Source: Marinobacter sp.
GTDB taxonomy: Bacteria; Pseudomonadota; Gammaproteobacteria; Pseudomonadales; Oleiphilaceae
Length of the DNA: 64,000 bases
Assembly: GCF_033722735.1 (NCBI RefSeq)
Contig: NZ_JAWVYN010000008.1
Span: 12,125 to 76,124 of the forward strand
Direction: 5' to 3'
Shown: one piece after another, positions 33,219 through 44,715 of the stretch
How positions within the stretch are numbered: position 1 is the stretch's first letter
How the letters are laid out: every line of letters begins with the position of its first letter
Program-made: the position numbers and the translations under genes
The notes under the pieces: model-generated
The model's database searches: none
The model's input: only the letters and a program-made list of their open reading frames with translations
Told to the model about the DNA's origin: nothing

Positions 33219-34412
33219 ATGACCGAGAACGCCTGCCCCCTGCAGACCCCCCTTGATCTGTTCACCGCCGACGCCGGCGCCTGGCTGCTGCTGGCGCACC
33301 TGCCCGGCCACGCCCGCAAGCGCCGCCTGGCGCTGCTGGACCAGATCGACTCACCCGGGCAGCTGTTGGCCGCCAATGTCGCCACCCTCAAGAGCCTGGG
33401 GCTGGCCGCCACCGCCATGGAAACGATCCAGGCCTGGCAGCGCCGGGACCTGGAGCACCCGGAACTGGCCAGGCTGCAGGGCTACCTGGCAGCCTGTCAG
33501 CGTGGGGGCATCGACCTGATGACCTGGGCGGACCCGGATTACCCGGAGCCGCTGCGCCATATACACGATGCGCCGCTGGTGCTGTACCTCCGGGGCGACC
33601 GGGCGTTGCTGACGCGGGAGCAGATTGCCGTGGTGGGCAGCCGCAACGCCTCCCATGCCGGCCTCGATCACGCCCGCCGTTTTGCCGCGGCCCTGAGCGA
33701 ACGGGGCTACCTGATCACCAGTGGCCTGGCGCTGGGGGTGGACGGGGCCGCCCATGCCGGTGCCCTCGATGCCGGCTATCCCACCGTGGCGGTGATCGGC
33801 ACCGGCGTCGATATTCACTACCCGCGCGCCCATCAACGGTTGGCGGAGCGGATTGCCGGCCATGGCCTGATCGTCTCCGACCTGCCGCCGGGAACGCCTC
33901 CCAAGGCGGCGCACTTTCCCCAACGCAACCGGATCATCAGCGGCCTGAGCCGTGGCATCCTGGTGGTGGAGGCGGGGCTGCGCAGTGGTTCGCTGATCAC
34001 CGCACGGCTGGCGCTGGAACAGGGCCGGGAGGTGTTCGCCATCCCGGGCTCGGTGCACAACCCCCAGGCCCGGGGCTGTCACCAGCTGATTCGCCAGGGT
34101 GCCAGCCTGGTGGAAGCGGTGGCGGACATCGAGGCGGAACTGGGGGCCTGGTGGTCGACGCCGGTGCCCTCCGCGACCGGGCCTGAGCGGCGGGGACCTG
34201 CCCCCGGCCTGGCCGATGACCAGCCGCTGCCGGCGAGCCTGGAGCAGCGGGAAATCGCGGTCTGGCAGGCATTAGGGTATGATCCGCAGTCAACCGATGT
34301 GCTGTGCGATGCCACCGGCCTGGCGGCCGATCAGTTGATGCAGGCGTTGTTGCTACTGGAAATGCAGGGCCTGGCCGCATCGGCCCCGGGGGGCTACGTA
34401 CGGCTGGCCTGA
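33219..34412 (+). CDS. dprA: DNA-processing protein DprA (Smf)
   Basis: ATG at 33219 with AAGGAAG upstream. Core IAVVGSRNAS...GLALGVDGAAHAGAL...FPQRNRIISGLSRGILVVEAGLRSGSLITA. Confidence 0.9.
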   Translation: MTENACPLQTPLDLFTADAGAWLLLAHLPGHARKRRLALLDQIDSPGQLLAANVATLKSLGLAATAMETIQAWQRRDLEHPELARLQGYLAACQRGGIDLMTWADPDYPEPLRHIHDAPLVLYLRGDRALLTREQIAVVGSRNASHAGLDHARRFAAALSERGYLITSGLALGVDGAAHAGALDAGYPTVAVIGTGVDIHYPRAHQRLAERIAGHGLIVSDLPPGTPPKAAHFPQRNRIISGLSRGILVVEAGLRSGSLITARLALEQGREVFAIPGSVHNPQARGCHQLIRQGASLVEAVADIEAELGAWWSTPVPSATGPERRGPAPGLADDQPLPASLEQREIAVWQALGYDPQSTDVLCDATGLAADQLMQALLLLEMQGLAASAPGGYVRLA

Positions 34413-34438
34413 AATCTGTCACCGGAAATGAAGCGTCA

Positions 34439-35014
34439 ATGAGTAACCGTCCGAGTCCTCTGAACGACTGGCAGCGTCACTGTGTCCGCCGCACCCTGGA
34501 GCGGGGGGGCGTGATTGCCTACCCCACCGAGGCGGTGTGGGGGCTGGGTTGCGATCCCTGGAACGAAGATGCGGTGATGCGCGTGTTGGCGCTCAAGCAG
34601 CGCCCGCTGCACAAGGGGCTGATCCTGGTGGCCGCCTCGGTGGCGCAGGTCGAGTTCCTGCTGACGCCCCTGGCCCCGGAGCTGCGCCAGCGGGCCCTGG
34701 CGCACTGGCCCGGCCCGGTGACCTGCCTGATCCCCGACCTGCAGCAACAGATCCCCACCTGGGTGCGGGGCCGTCACGCCTCGATCGCCGTGCGGGTGAG
34801 TGAGCACCCGGTGGTACGGGATCTGTGCAACACCGCGGGCATGCCGCTGGTCTCCACCTCCTGCAATCCCGCCGGCCGACAGCCCGCCCGCTCGGGCTGG
34901 CAGGTACGCAGGTATTTCAACGACCGTCTCGACTGGCTGGTGCCGGGGGAGCTGGGGCACGAGCGCAAGCCCAGCCGGATCCTCGACATCCGTACCGGTC
35001 GACGGCTGCGTTAG
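34439..35014 (+). CDS. tsaC: L-threonylcarbamoyladenylate synthase type 1 TsaC (YrdC)
   Basis: Internal ATG at 34439 gives 191 aa: GGVIAYPTEAVWGLGCDPWNEDAV..ALKQRPLHKGLIL... The upstream part of ORF 34304.. overlaps dprA. Confidence 0.88.
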   Translation: MSNRPSPLNDWQRHCVRRTLERGGVIAYPTEAVWGLGCDPWNEDAVMRVLALKQRPLHKGLILVAASVAQVEFLLTPLAPELRQRALAHWPGPVTCLIPDLQQQIPTWVRGRHASIAVRVSEHPVVRDLCNTAGMPLVSTSCNPAGRQPARSGWQVRRYFNDRLDWLVPGELGHERKPSRILDIRTGRRLR

Positions 35015-36776
<1,762 letters not shown>

Positions 36777-36906
36777 TCGGCCACCCGGTCCAACTTGGGC
36801 TATGCTAGGCTGATCGGAATCCCTCGGGGCACCGGTTACCGGCATCCTCACCGTTGTTGTCTCCGGATCCACCGGTCTGGTGAATGGTAAAGGCGTAAGG
36901 CAATCC

Positions 36907-37680
36907 ATGGACATACTCACTCTCGTTGGCCTGATTGCGGGCGTACTGATCGTCGTCCTGGCGATGCTGGCCAACGCCACCCTGCTCACCTTCCTCAACC
37001 TGCCGGGATTGGCCATCGTGGTGGGCGGCACCTTCGCCGTCACCCTGGTCAAGTTCCGTCTGTCGTCGGTGATGGGCGCCTTCAAACTGGCCCTGTCCGC
37101 CACCTTCACCGAGCGCGTGGACCCCCCCACCGCGCTAATCCGTGAGGTGAGCGAACTGGCACGGGTGGTGCGTAAGGAGGGCATCCTGGGGCTGGAAAAC
37201 CACAGCACCCAGAACCCGTTCCTGCGCAAGGCCATCAACCTGTGCGTCGACGGCCATGCCCCGGAACTGGTGGAGGAGGCGCTGGCCCAGGAGATCCAGC
37301 AGACCGCCGAGCGCTATGAGGTGTCGGAGCGGGTGTTCCGCGGCATTGGCGAGTCGGCCCCGGCCATCGGCATGCTGGGGACCCTGGTGGGCCTGGTGCA
37401 GATGCTCAACACCCTGGACGACCCCTCCTCCATCGGCCCGGCCATGGCCATCGCCCTGTTGACCACCCTCTACGGTGCCTTCATTGCCCAGCTGATTGCC
37501 CTGCCGCTGGCCGACAAGCTGTTGTTGAAGGCCGAGGACGAGCAACGCAATCAGATGCTGATCGCCACCAGCATCCGCAACATCATGCGGGGTGAGAATC
37601 CACGGGTGATGACGGAGTTGCTGTCGTCCTTCGTCAACCCGGAACATCGCAGTGGACTGACCCCCGAACGGGAGAGCTGA
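36907..37680 (+). CDS. motA: Flagellar stator protein MotA/PomA family
   Basis: ATG at 36907: MDILTLVGLIAGVLIVVLAM... Four TM helices and a conserved C-terminal segment PAIGMLGTLVGLVQML...AMAIALLTTLYG. Confidence 0.85.
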   Translation: MDILTLVGLIAGVLIVVLAMLANATLLTFLNLPGLAIVVGGTFAVTLVKFRLSSVMGAFKLALSATFTERVDPPTALIREVSELARVVRKEGILGLENHSTQNPFLRKAINLCVDGHAPELVEEALAQEIQQTAERYEVSERVFRGIGESAPAIGMLGTLVGLVQMLNTLDDPSSIGPAMAIALLTTLYGAFIAQLIALPLADKLLLKAEDEQRNQMLIATSIRNIMRGENPRVMTELLSSFVNPEHRSGLTPERES

Positions 37681-37682
37681 CG

Positions 37683-38516
37683 GTGCAGCTCAAACGCGTA
37701 CCGGTACGGAAGAAACGCGGCAGCGGCTCGCCGGCGTGGATCGTCACCTTCGCCGATCTCGCCACCCTGCTGCTGACCTTCTTCATCCTGCTGTTATCGT
37801 TTGCCGAACTGGATGCCCAGAAGTACCGGATGATGGCCCAGTCCATGGCGGTGGCGTTCGGTTCCAGCAACGTCGCGGCCGATGCGGTGGGCGGCTCGCC
37901 GCTGACCCTGATCGAGAGCGACACCGTCTCCCTGCCCGAGCCGATGGAGGCCGCAGCGGAGAAGCCGGAACTCATTGATGAACGGGTCGCCGACGAGGCC
38001 CCCACCCCGGTCGCGGCCGGGATTGTCGAGCTGGCCAGCCGGCTGATCGAGACACTGGAACCCCAGGTGGCCTCCGAGGCGCTGACGGTCAGCTACGACA
38101 CCGAGCGGGTGGTGATCCGGTTTTCCGAAGAGGCGACCTTTCGCTCCGGGGAAGCAACGCTCAAGCCGGACATGACCCCCATCCTCGAACGGGTGGTTCA
38201 GGTGCTGTCGAAGTGCACGGGGGACGTGCTGGTGGCAGGCTATACCGATGACCGGCCGATCGTCAGCAGTCGTTATCGCTCCAACTGGGACCTGTCGGCA
38301 GCCCGGGCGGTGTCAGTGGTTCACCAACTGGTACTCAACCGCCAGGTACCCGCGGACCGGGTCACCGCCGCCGGTCGCGCCGAGACCAACCCGTTGGTGC
38401 CCAACGACACCCCGGCCAACCGGGCCCGCAACCGGCGGGTGGAGATCACCATCCGAGACCCGGAATGCCAGCCGGATGTGCCCACCGCCGAGCTGCCGCT
38501 GGAAATCCTGCCATAA
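37683..38516 (+). CDS. motB: Flagellar stator protein MotB/PomB family (OmpA-like C-terminal domain)
   Basis: 277 aa. The TM segment has the conserved Asp (AWIVTFADLATLLLTFFILL). C-terminal OmpA-like motif: GYTDDRPI...SNWDLSAARA...NRRVEI. Confidence 0.85.
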   Translation: MQLKRVPVRKKRGSGSPAWIVTFADLATLLLTFFILLLSFAELDAQKYRMMAQSMAVAFGSSNVAADAVGGSPLTLIESDTVSLPEPMEAAAEKPELIDERVADEAPTPVAAGIVELASRLIETLEPQVASEALTVSYDTERVVIRFSEEATFRSGEATLKPDMTPILERVVQVLSKCTGDVLVAGYTDDRPIVSSRYRSNWDLSAARAVSVVHQLVLNRQVPADRVTAAGRAETNPLVPNDTPANRARNRRVEITIRDPECQPDVPTAELPLEILP

Positions 38517-38661
38517 CCGGAAGCGGCGCTCCTTATTCATCCAGGTCAATGGCTCATTCCCAAATCCTATAAACATGACGGCCCCGGATCGTTATACTGT
38601 CGGCCTTTCAATGCCCGAGGCCACATCCCGGGGTGTGGGCCCAACCGAGAAGAGAGAGATC

Positions 38662-38979
38662 ATGAGCGGACCAGAAAAACCGAAGGTGATTGGCGAGGAG
38701 CTGAGCGACGAGCGTATCAAGAGCTTCCTGGCGGTCACGCCCTACGATACCGAGGAAAACGAAGACTATTTCGTGTTGATCCGCGCCTACCAGTCACTGC
38801 GGGAAGGCGACTTCGAGCGGTTTGTGGGGTTCTTCACCGAAGCCGGCCGTGACCTCAACGCCATCAACGGCGAAGGCCAGACCATCCTGGACCACGTTTG
38901 CGAGCATCGGCGCAGCGCGGCCTATGCGGAAACCCTGAAAAAGGCCGGCGCCCTGCCCGCCGCGGAGGTCGGCCGCTAA
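38662..38979 (+). CDS. Small conserved hypothetical protein (possibly the PA4642-like family, from memory)
   Basis: ATG at 38662 preceded by AGAGAGAGA. 105 aa: MSGPEKPKVIGEELSDERIKSFLAV... The remainder of ORF 38248.. overlaps motB and is rejected. Confidence 0.55.
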   Translation: MSGPEKPKVIGEELSDERIKSFLAVTPYDTEENEDYFVLIRAYQSLREGDFERFVGFFTEAGRDLNAINGEGQTILDHVCEHRRSAAYAETLKKAGALPAAEVGR

Positions 38980-39001
38980 CGCGACCGACTCCACGCGGAA
39001 A

Positions 39002-39017
39002 CGCCCCCATCGGGGCG
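39002..39017 (-). terminator. Weak hairpin after hsp20
   Basis: Minus strand CGCCCC-gat-GGGGCG followed by TTTCC. The stem is short. Confidence 0.3.
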
Positions 39018-39021
39018 GGGG

Positions 39022-39471
39022 TCAGTTGACCTCCACCTCGATGGCCTTGGGCTCCTGCGGCTCCACCTTGTTGAGGGTCAGGGTCAGGATGCCATCCTTG
39101 AAGTTGGCGGCGATGCTGGACTGGTCCACGTTGTCCGGCAGGGTAAATCGCCGGGTAAAGCTGCCGTACACCCGCTCGATCCGGTGCAGCTTCTTGTCCT
39201 GGGTTTCTTCCTCCTGTTTGCGTTCCCCCTGGATGGCGAGCACGCCGTCGTTCACGGTGACTTTCACGTCCTCCCGTTTCATGCCGGGCAGTTCAGCCTC
39301 GATGGTGAACGCCGATTCGGTTTCCTTGATGTCCACCACCGGCGCCCAATCGCTGCGACTGAACATGCCTTCCCGTTCACCATTGGTGCGGGGCAGGTTA
39401 AAAAACCGGTTGTAACGATCGAAGAGATCCTCGAACTCACTCATTGGGTTCCAGCGTGTAATGTTGCTCAT
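39022..39471 (-). CDS. Small heat-shock protein, Hsp20/alpha-crystallin family
   Basis: 149 aa with an alpha-crystallin core: PVVDIKETESAFTIEAELPGMKREDVKVTV..GVLAIQGER...GSFTRRFTLP...A..KDGILTLTL. Confidence 0.92.
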   Translation of the reverse strand: MSNITRWNPMSEFEDLFDRYNRFFNLPRTNGEREGMFSRSDWAPVVDIKETESAFTIEAELPGMKREDVKVTVNDGVLAIQGERKQEEETQDKKLHRIERVYGSFTRRFTLPDNVDQSSIAANFKDGILTLTLNKVEPQEPKAIEVEVN

Positions 39472-39613
39472 AATGAAACTCCTCCCACGAACCTGAAATC
39501 ACAGGATGCTTGGGCGCATCCCCCTGTTTTGTCAGACATCAGCTCCGTTCTTGGAACAGCTCCATCACAGTGGCGCCTACTGGACGGGTATCCTCGAACT
39601 GCCTCTATTTTGC

Positions 39614-39642
39614 TTTATAGGAACAGGGGGCGGGAATTTCAA
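39614..39642 (-). promoter_or_regulatory. Candidate promoter of hsp20
   Basis: Minus strand TTGAAA-N17-TATAAA. The -35 element also matches the sigma-32 -35 core. It implies a leader of roughly 135 nt. Confidence 0.4.
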
Positions 39643-39762
39643 TGGCTGATTTTTGATCAGCATTAAGAGGGTATGGGTTGATCCCAGCCTGGTGTGTTCG
39701 GGGGTGATGCCCAGGAGAGCGGAAGAAGACCCACCACCGTCCACAGGTACCCAACTCTAGGG

Positions 39763-40308
39763 CTACGAAGAGGAATCCCCAGTCAAATATTCGTCCTTCA
39801 ACTTCACATAATTCGCCGCAGTATACTTGAAGAACGATCGCTCCTTGTCAGTCAGCGCCCGCGCCTGCTTGCAGGGCGAGCCCACGTACAGGTAGCCGGA
39901 TTCCAGCTTCTTGCCCGGTGGCACCAGACAACCGGCGGCAATGATCACCTCGTCGCCCACCTCGGCGCCGTCCATGATGATCGAGCCCATGCCCACCAGC
40001 ACCCGGCTGCCGATGGTGCAGCCGTGCAGCAGGGCCTTGTGGCCCACGGTGACGTCGTCGCCCAGGATCAGCGGCCAGCCCCCCGGGTTGTAGTCGCTGG
40101 CGTGGGTGATGTGCAGCACCGAGCCGTCCTGGAGGCTGCAGCGGTCGCCGATGCGAATTTTGTGCATGTCGCCGCGGATCACCGTCATTGGCCACACCGA
40201 ACAGTCGTCACCCAGCTGCACGTCACCAATCACCGTGGCGGTGGGGTCAATCCAGACCCGTTCGCCGAATTGTGGTCTGGTCCCCTTGTGTGAACGGACA
40301 TTCGTCAT
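39763..40308 (-). CDS. Gamma carbonic anhydrase-like / hexapeptide-repeat (LbH) protein (YrdA/PaaY-like)
   Basis: ATG at 40308 gives 181 aa. Left-handed beta-helix repeats and the His pattern ...IGDRCSLQDGSVLH...VTVGHKALLHGC... Confidence 0.85.
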   Translation of the reverse strand: MTNVRSHKGTRPQFGERVWIDPTATVIGDVQLGDDCSVWPMTVIRGDMHKIRIGDRCSLQDGSVLHITHASDYNPGGWPLILGDDVTVGHKALLHGCTIGSRVLVGMGSIIMDGAEVGDEVIIAAGCLVPPGKKLESGYLYVGSPCKQARALTDKERSFFKYTAANYVKLKDEYLTGDSSS

Positions 40309-40405
40309 TACATATACCTCTATACGCGGTTGAGCCGGTGGCGTTCGCCACACTTCGGATTGCCGCTCAAATTACCTGACCTGCCACGCACTGAGAAGGG
40401 GACTT

Positions 40406-42451
40406 ATGACAAACCCACTGCTGACCGATGACCTGTTACCGGCCTTTGGACGGATCCGCACCGAACACATGGAGCCGGCGATCGACCAGATCCTCAGTGA
40501 CAACCGGGTCCAGATCCAGGAACTTGCCCAGCAGGCGGACCCCACCTGGGACACCCTGGCCCAGCCCATGCAGGCCCTGGACGACCGGCTCAACAACGCC
40601 TGGTCGGTGATCTCCCACCTCAACGGGGTGATGAACAACGACGAACTGCGCGACGTCTACAAGCGGGTGCTGGAGAAACTGACCGAGTACAGCACCGAGG
40701 TCAGCCAGAACGCCGAGCTGTGCGCCGCCTACAAGAAACTGGCGGAGCGGGACGACTTTGCCGGGCTCAGCGAAGCCCAGCGCAAGGCCATCAGCAATAT
40801 CCTGCGGGATTTCCATCTGGGCGGCGTCGACCTGCCGCCGGCACAGAAGCAGCAGTACGCCAACCTGTCCCGGGAGTTGGCGGAGCTGTCCAACAAGTTT
40901 AGCGACAATGTCCTCGACGCCACCCAGCATTGGTTCCGTCACATCACCGAGGCCGAGGAGCTGTCGGGCCTGCCGGAAACCGCGCTGGAAGGCGCCCGGG
41001 CCGCCGCCCAGCAGCGGGACCTGGACGGCTTCGTGATCACCCTGGATTTCCCCAGCTTCTTCCCGGTGATGACCTACTGCGACAACCGGGACCTGCGCCG
41101 CGAGGTGTACGAGGCCTTTGTCACCCGCGCCTCGGACATGGGCCCGGACGCCGGCAGGTGGGACAACTCCCAGGTGATGGCGGAAATCCTCAAGCGCCGG
41201 CACGCGCTGGCCCAACTGCTGGGCTTCAGCAATTACGCCGAGCGCTCCCTGGCCACCAAGATGGCCCGCAGCGTGGACGAGGTGATGGCGTTCCTCAACG
41301 AGCTGGCAGCCAAGTCGAAGCCGGTGGCGGAGCAGGAAGTGGCGGAACTGGAGGCCTTTGTCAGGGAGCACTACGGCGTGGACGAGCTGGAGGCCTGGGA
41401 CATCGGCTACTACAGCGAGAAGCTGCGCCAGCAGCAGTACGACATCTCGCCGGAAACCCTGCGGCCCTGGTTCCCGGTCGACAGGGTGGTGCCGGGCCTG
41501 TTCGCGGTGGCCGAGAAGCTGTTCGACGTGCAGATTGAGGCCCAGCCGGAGGTGGCGACCTGGCACCCGGATGCCACCGCCTACCGCATCAGCCGCCACG
41601 GCCAGCCCATCGCCTGGTTCTACCTCGACCTCTATGCTCGTCAGGGCAAGCGCGGCGGTGCCTGGATGGCGGATTGCCGGGTGCGCTGGCGCAACCAGCA
41701 GGGGCACCTGCAGCTGCCGGTGGCTTTCCTGACCTGCAACTTCACCCCGCCGGTGAACGGCAAGCCGTCGCTGCTGACCCACGACGAGGTGACCACCCTG
41801 TTCCACGAGTTCGGCCACGGCCTGCACCATATGCTGACCCAGGTGGAGGTGGCGGAGGTGTCCGGCATCAACGGCGTGGCCTGGGACGCGGTGGAGCTGC
41901 CCAGCCAGTTCCTGGAGAACTGGTGCTGGAACCGCGAGTCCCTGGCGTTGATCGCCTCCCACCACGAGACCGGCGAGCCGCTGCCGGAAGACCTGCTCGA
42001 CAAGCTGCTGGCGGCGAAAAACTTCCAGTCCGGCATGCAGATGGTGCGGCAGCTGGAGTTTTCGCTGTTCGACTTCCGCCTGCACGCCGAGTTCGATCCA
42101 AAGGCACCGGTCAATCCGCTGGAAGTGCATCGCCAGGTGCGCAGCGAGATCGCGGTGATCCGGGCGCCGGAATTCAACCGCTTTCCCAACAGCTTCTCCC
42201 ACATCTTTGCCGGCGGCTATGCGGCGGGCTACTACAGCTACAAGTGGGCCGAAGTGCTGGCGGCGGATGCCTTCTCGCTGTTCGAGGAACACGGCATCTT
42301 CGATCCGCAGACCGGCAAGGCGTTTTTGACCAACATCCTGGAAAAAGGCGGGTCCCAGGAGCCGATGGAGCTGTTCAAGGCCTTCCGGGGCCGTGAACCG
42401 GAGGTGGATGCCCTGCTGCGGCAGTCGGGCATTACCGACCACGCCGCCTGA
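40406..42451 (+). CDS. prlC: Oligopeptidase A (M3 family)
   Basis: 681 aa with zinc motif LFHEFGHGLHHML. Confidence 0.93.
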   Translation: MTNPLLTDDLLPAFGRIRTEHMEPAIDQILSDNRVQIQELAQQADPTWDTLAQPMQALDDRLNNAWSVISHLNGVMNNDELRDVYKRVLEKLTEYSTEVSQNAELCAAYKKLAERDDFAGLSEAQRKAISNILRDFHLGGVDLPPAQKQQYANLSRELAELSNKFSDNVLDATQHWFRHITEAEELSGLPETALEGARAAAQQRDLDGFVITLDFPSFFPVMTYCDNRDLRREVYEAFVTRASDMGPDAGRWDNSQVMAEILKRRHALAQLLGFSNYAERSLATKMARSVDEVMAFLNELAAKSKPVAEQEVAELEAFVREHYGVDELEAWDIGYYSEKLRQQQYDISPETLRPWFPVDRVVPGLFAVAEKLFDVQIEAQPEVATWHPDATAYRISRHGQPIAWFYLDLYARQGKRGGAWMADCRVRWRNQQGHLQLPVAFLTCNFTPPVNGKPSLLTHDEVTTLFHEFGHGLHHMLTQVEVAEVSGINGVAWDAVELPSQFLENWCWNRESLALIASHHETGEPLPEDLLDKLLAAKNFQSGMQMVRQLEFSLFDFRLHAEFDPKAPVNPLEVHRQVRSEIAVIRAPEFNRFPNSFSHIFAGGYAAGYYSYKWAEVLAADAFSLFEEHGIFDPQTGKAFLTNILEKGGSQEPMELFKAFRGREPEVDALLRQSGITDHAA

Positions 42452-42555
42452 AGGCGGTCCCGGTAGGTTACAATAGCCACAGAGCCGGGCCGGTCGACAC
42501 TGGTGTCGTCCCGGTCCTGGACCCTGTGTGAACAACGACTGATGAGAGAAGCAAC

Positions 42556-42795
42556 ATGGCGAGTCCCAAACGTTTTATCGCCGGCGCCGTCTGCCCCCGT
42601 TGCGCGGAGATGGACAAGATCGTGATGTACCGTAACGACGAGGGCCAGTTCCGCGAGTGCGTGGCCTGCGGATACACCGACAAGCAGGGCGAGGTCCAGG
42701 CCGCCGAGCTGGAAACCCGGGTTAACAAAAAGCAGAACGAGGACGACCACACCGTCAAGCAGGTGGTGTTCTTCAAGGCCAGGCAGGAGGACTGA
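42556..42795 (+). CDS. yheV: YheV-family zinc-ribbon protein
   Basis: 79 aa: KRFIAGAVCPRCAEMDKIVMY...ECVACGY, i.e. two CxxC pairs. Adjacent to prlC, as in E. coli. Confidence 0.85.
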   Translation: MASPKRFIAGAVCPRCAEMDKIVMYRNDEGQFRECVACGYTDKQGEVQAAELETRVNKKQNEDDHTVKQVVFFKARQED

Positions 42796-42983
42796 ATTCC
42801 CCCCAGCTGTTGAACTTTGTGCAGCGGCCAGCGCGTGGACCTGCTCCGCTGTCCATCAGGGCACGTCCTGTGTTTGGCCAGATACCGCCGCATCCTTGCC
42901 GCGGTATCGGACTCCCCCTGACCGTCGTGGTCTGCTGAGATGTTGCCAACCCGCCCGGGGCGTGTTTTGAACCGAACCTGCGA

Positions 42984-44306
42984 TTACAGCACCATTGCCG
43001 CCAACCAGCCGAAGGCCAGCAGCGGCAGGTTGTAGTGCAGGAAGGTGGGCACCACGGTGTCCCAGATGTGATTGTGCTGGCCGTCGACGTTGAGCCCGGC
43101 GGTCGGCCCCAGGGTGGAATCCGAGGCGGGTGAGCCGGCATCACCGAGGGCGCCGGCGGTGCCCACCAGGGCCACGATGGCCAGCGGACTGAACCCCATC
43201 TCCAGGGCCAGGGGCACGTACAGGGCGGCGATGATCGGGATGGTCGAGAAGGACGAGCCGATGCCCATGGTGATCAGCAGGCCCACCACCAGCATCAGCA
43301 AGGCGGCCAAGGCCCGGTTGTCGCCGATGGCGCCCACCGAACTTTCCACCAGGGACTGGATCTCGCCGGTCTCCCGCATCACCTCGGCAAAGCCTGAGGC
43401 GGCAATCATGATGAAGCCGATCATCGCCAGCATCTTCATGCCTTCGGTGAACAGGTCATCGGCTTCTTTCCATTTCACCACGCCCGACAGGTTGAACAGC
43501 ACGAAGCCGGTCAGCGCGCCGAGGATCATCGAACCCAGCCACAGTTGCACCACGAAGGCGGCGGCAATGGCGACCAGGGCCATCACCAGGGTGCGGCCGC
43601 TGTAGGCGACGTTGACCCTTTCGGTGCGGGTAATCGCGTCCAGGTCGTAGTGGCGGTCGCCGCGGTAACTGACGAACACCGCCACCCCCAGCCCCAACAG
43701 CATGCCCAGCGCCGGTAGTGCCATGGCGGACATCACGTTGAGTCCTTCGGTGCCGACGCCGTTGTCGTTGACGTTGGCCAGCAGGATCTCGTTGAGGTAG
43801 ATGCCGCCGAAGCCCACCGGCAGGAACATGTAGGGGGTGATCAGGCCGAAGGTGAGCACACAGGCCACCAGCCGCCGGTCCATGCTCAGCCGGGCCATCA
43901 CGTACAGCAAGGGGGGAACCACCAGCGGGATAAAGGCAATGTGGATGGGCAGGATGTTCTGGGACGACATGGCGATGGCGATCAGCAGACCGATGATCAG
44001 CAGGCGGATACCGCCGGCGGCCTTGCCGTCATCCTGCTTGCCGACGAGCGCCAGGGCCCGGTCCGCCAGGGCGTGGGCCAGTCCCGACTTGCCAATGGCC
44101 ACGGCGAAGGCCCCCAGGGTGGCGTAGGACAGGGCGACAGTGGCGCCACCACCCAGTCCGCTGTTGAACGCTTCGATGGTGGCGTCCAGCGACAGGCCAC
44201 TGATCAGGCCTCCGGCAATGGCACCGATAATCAGGGCAACGACAACGTGAATGCGGCACAGGCTCAGCACGAGCATGATCCCGACCGCAGCGACGACGGC
44301 ATTCAT
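42984..44306 (-). CDS. NhaC-superfamily Na+/H+ antiporter-like membrane transporter (YuiF-like)
   Basis: 440 aa, polytopic, with Gly/Ala-rich TM helices. The family call is from overall resemblance only. Confidence 0.65.
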   Translation of the reverse strand: MNAVVAAVGIMLVLSLCRIHVVVALIIGAIAGGLISGLSLDATIEAFNSGLGGGATVALSYATLGAFAVAIGKSGLAHALADRALALVGKQDDGKAAGGIRLLIIGLLIAIAMSSQNILPIHIAFIPLVVPPLLYVMARLSMDRRLVACVLTFGLITPYMFLPVGFGGIYLNEILLANVNDNGVGTEGLNVMSAMALPALGMLLGLGVAVFVSYRGDRHYDLDAITRTERVNVAYSGRTLVMALVAIAAAFVVQLWLGSMILGALTGFVLFNLSGVVKWKEADDLFTEGMKMLAMIGFIMIAASGFAEVMRETGEIQSLVESSVGAIGDNRALAALLMLVVGLLITMGIGSSFSTIPIIAALYVPLALEMGFSPLAIVALVGTAGALGDAGSPASDSTLGPTAGLNVDGQHNHIWDTVVPTFLHYNLPLLAFGWLAAMVL

Positions 44307-44441
44307 GGCAGTCTCCGGTTGGACAAATGGGCGAGAAAAAGCCGCTAATGTGCCGGATGCCCATGGTCGCCGTCAAAGCGGGATTGTACCTAGTTGGGTT
44401 CGTACCAGGTTGCTGTCGTGCCTGGTTGGAACAGAAAGCAG

Positions 44442-44669
44442 CTAGCCGCTGGTGGGCCCGACATAGGCGAAGCGTGGGACTTGCTCACCGGCCACCTCCA
44501 CGGTTTCCCGGAACATGCCCAGGGGGCGGACCCACAGACTGTGGTCGCCATAAAGGCAGCGATAGACCACCAGGGGTTCCTCGGTTTCGCTGTGCCGGGC
44601 CACACCCAGCACCTCGTAGTCCTGACCTTTGTAGTGGCGGTACCGACCGGGGGGGAGTTCGCGTGTCAT
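44442..44669 (-). CDS. DUF1653-like small protein
   Basis: 75 aa: GRYRHYKGQDYEVLGVARHSETEEPLVVYRCLYGDHSLWVRPLGMF, matching the pattern I recall for DUF1653. Confidence 0.7.
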   Translation of the reverse strand: MTRELPPGRYRHYKGQDYEVLGVARHSETEEPLVVYRCLYGDHSLWVRPLGMFRETVEVAGEQVPRFAYVGPTSG

Positions 44670-44715
44670 GGTTGCGGTCTCGTGAGAAGCCGGGACCGGA
44701 GCCCCGGCTCGGGTG

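Noticed and set aside
36789-36816. Sigma-28 (FliA) promoter upstream of motA (TCCAACTT-N12-GCTGATCG).
   Set aside because: It matches only about half of the remembered TAAAGTTT-N11-GCCGATAA consensus, which is not distinguishable from chance.
38248-38661. N-terminal 138 codons of ORF 38248..38979, overlapping motB.
   Set aside because: They lie out of frame over the conserved OmpA-like domain of MotB. A clean ATG with a purine-rich SD at 38662 starts the plausible 105-aa product.
39472-39560. RNA thermometer (ROSE or fourU type) in the hsp20 leader.
   Set aside because: The SD is GGGAGGAG, but I found no upstream U-rich or CUCC-type anti-SD segment able to pair with it. Only generic hairpins are present.
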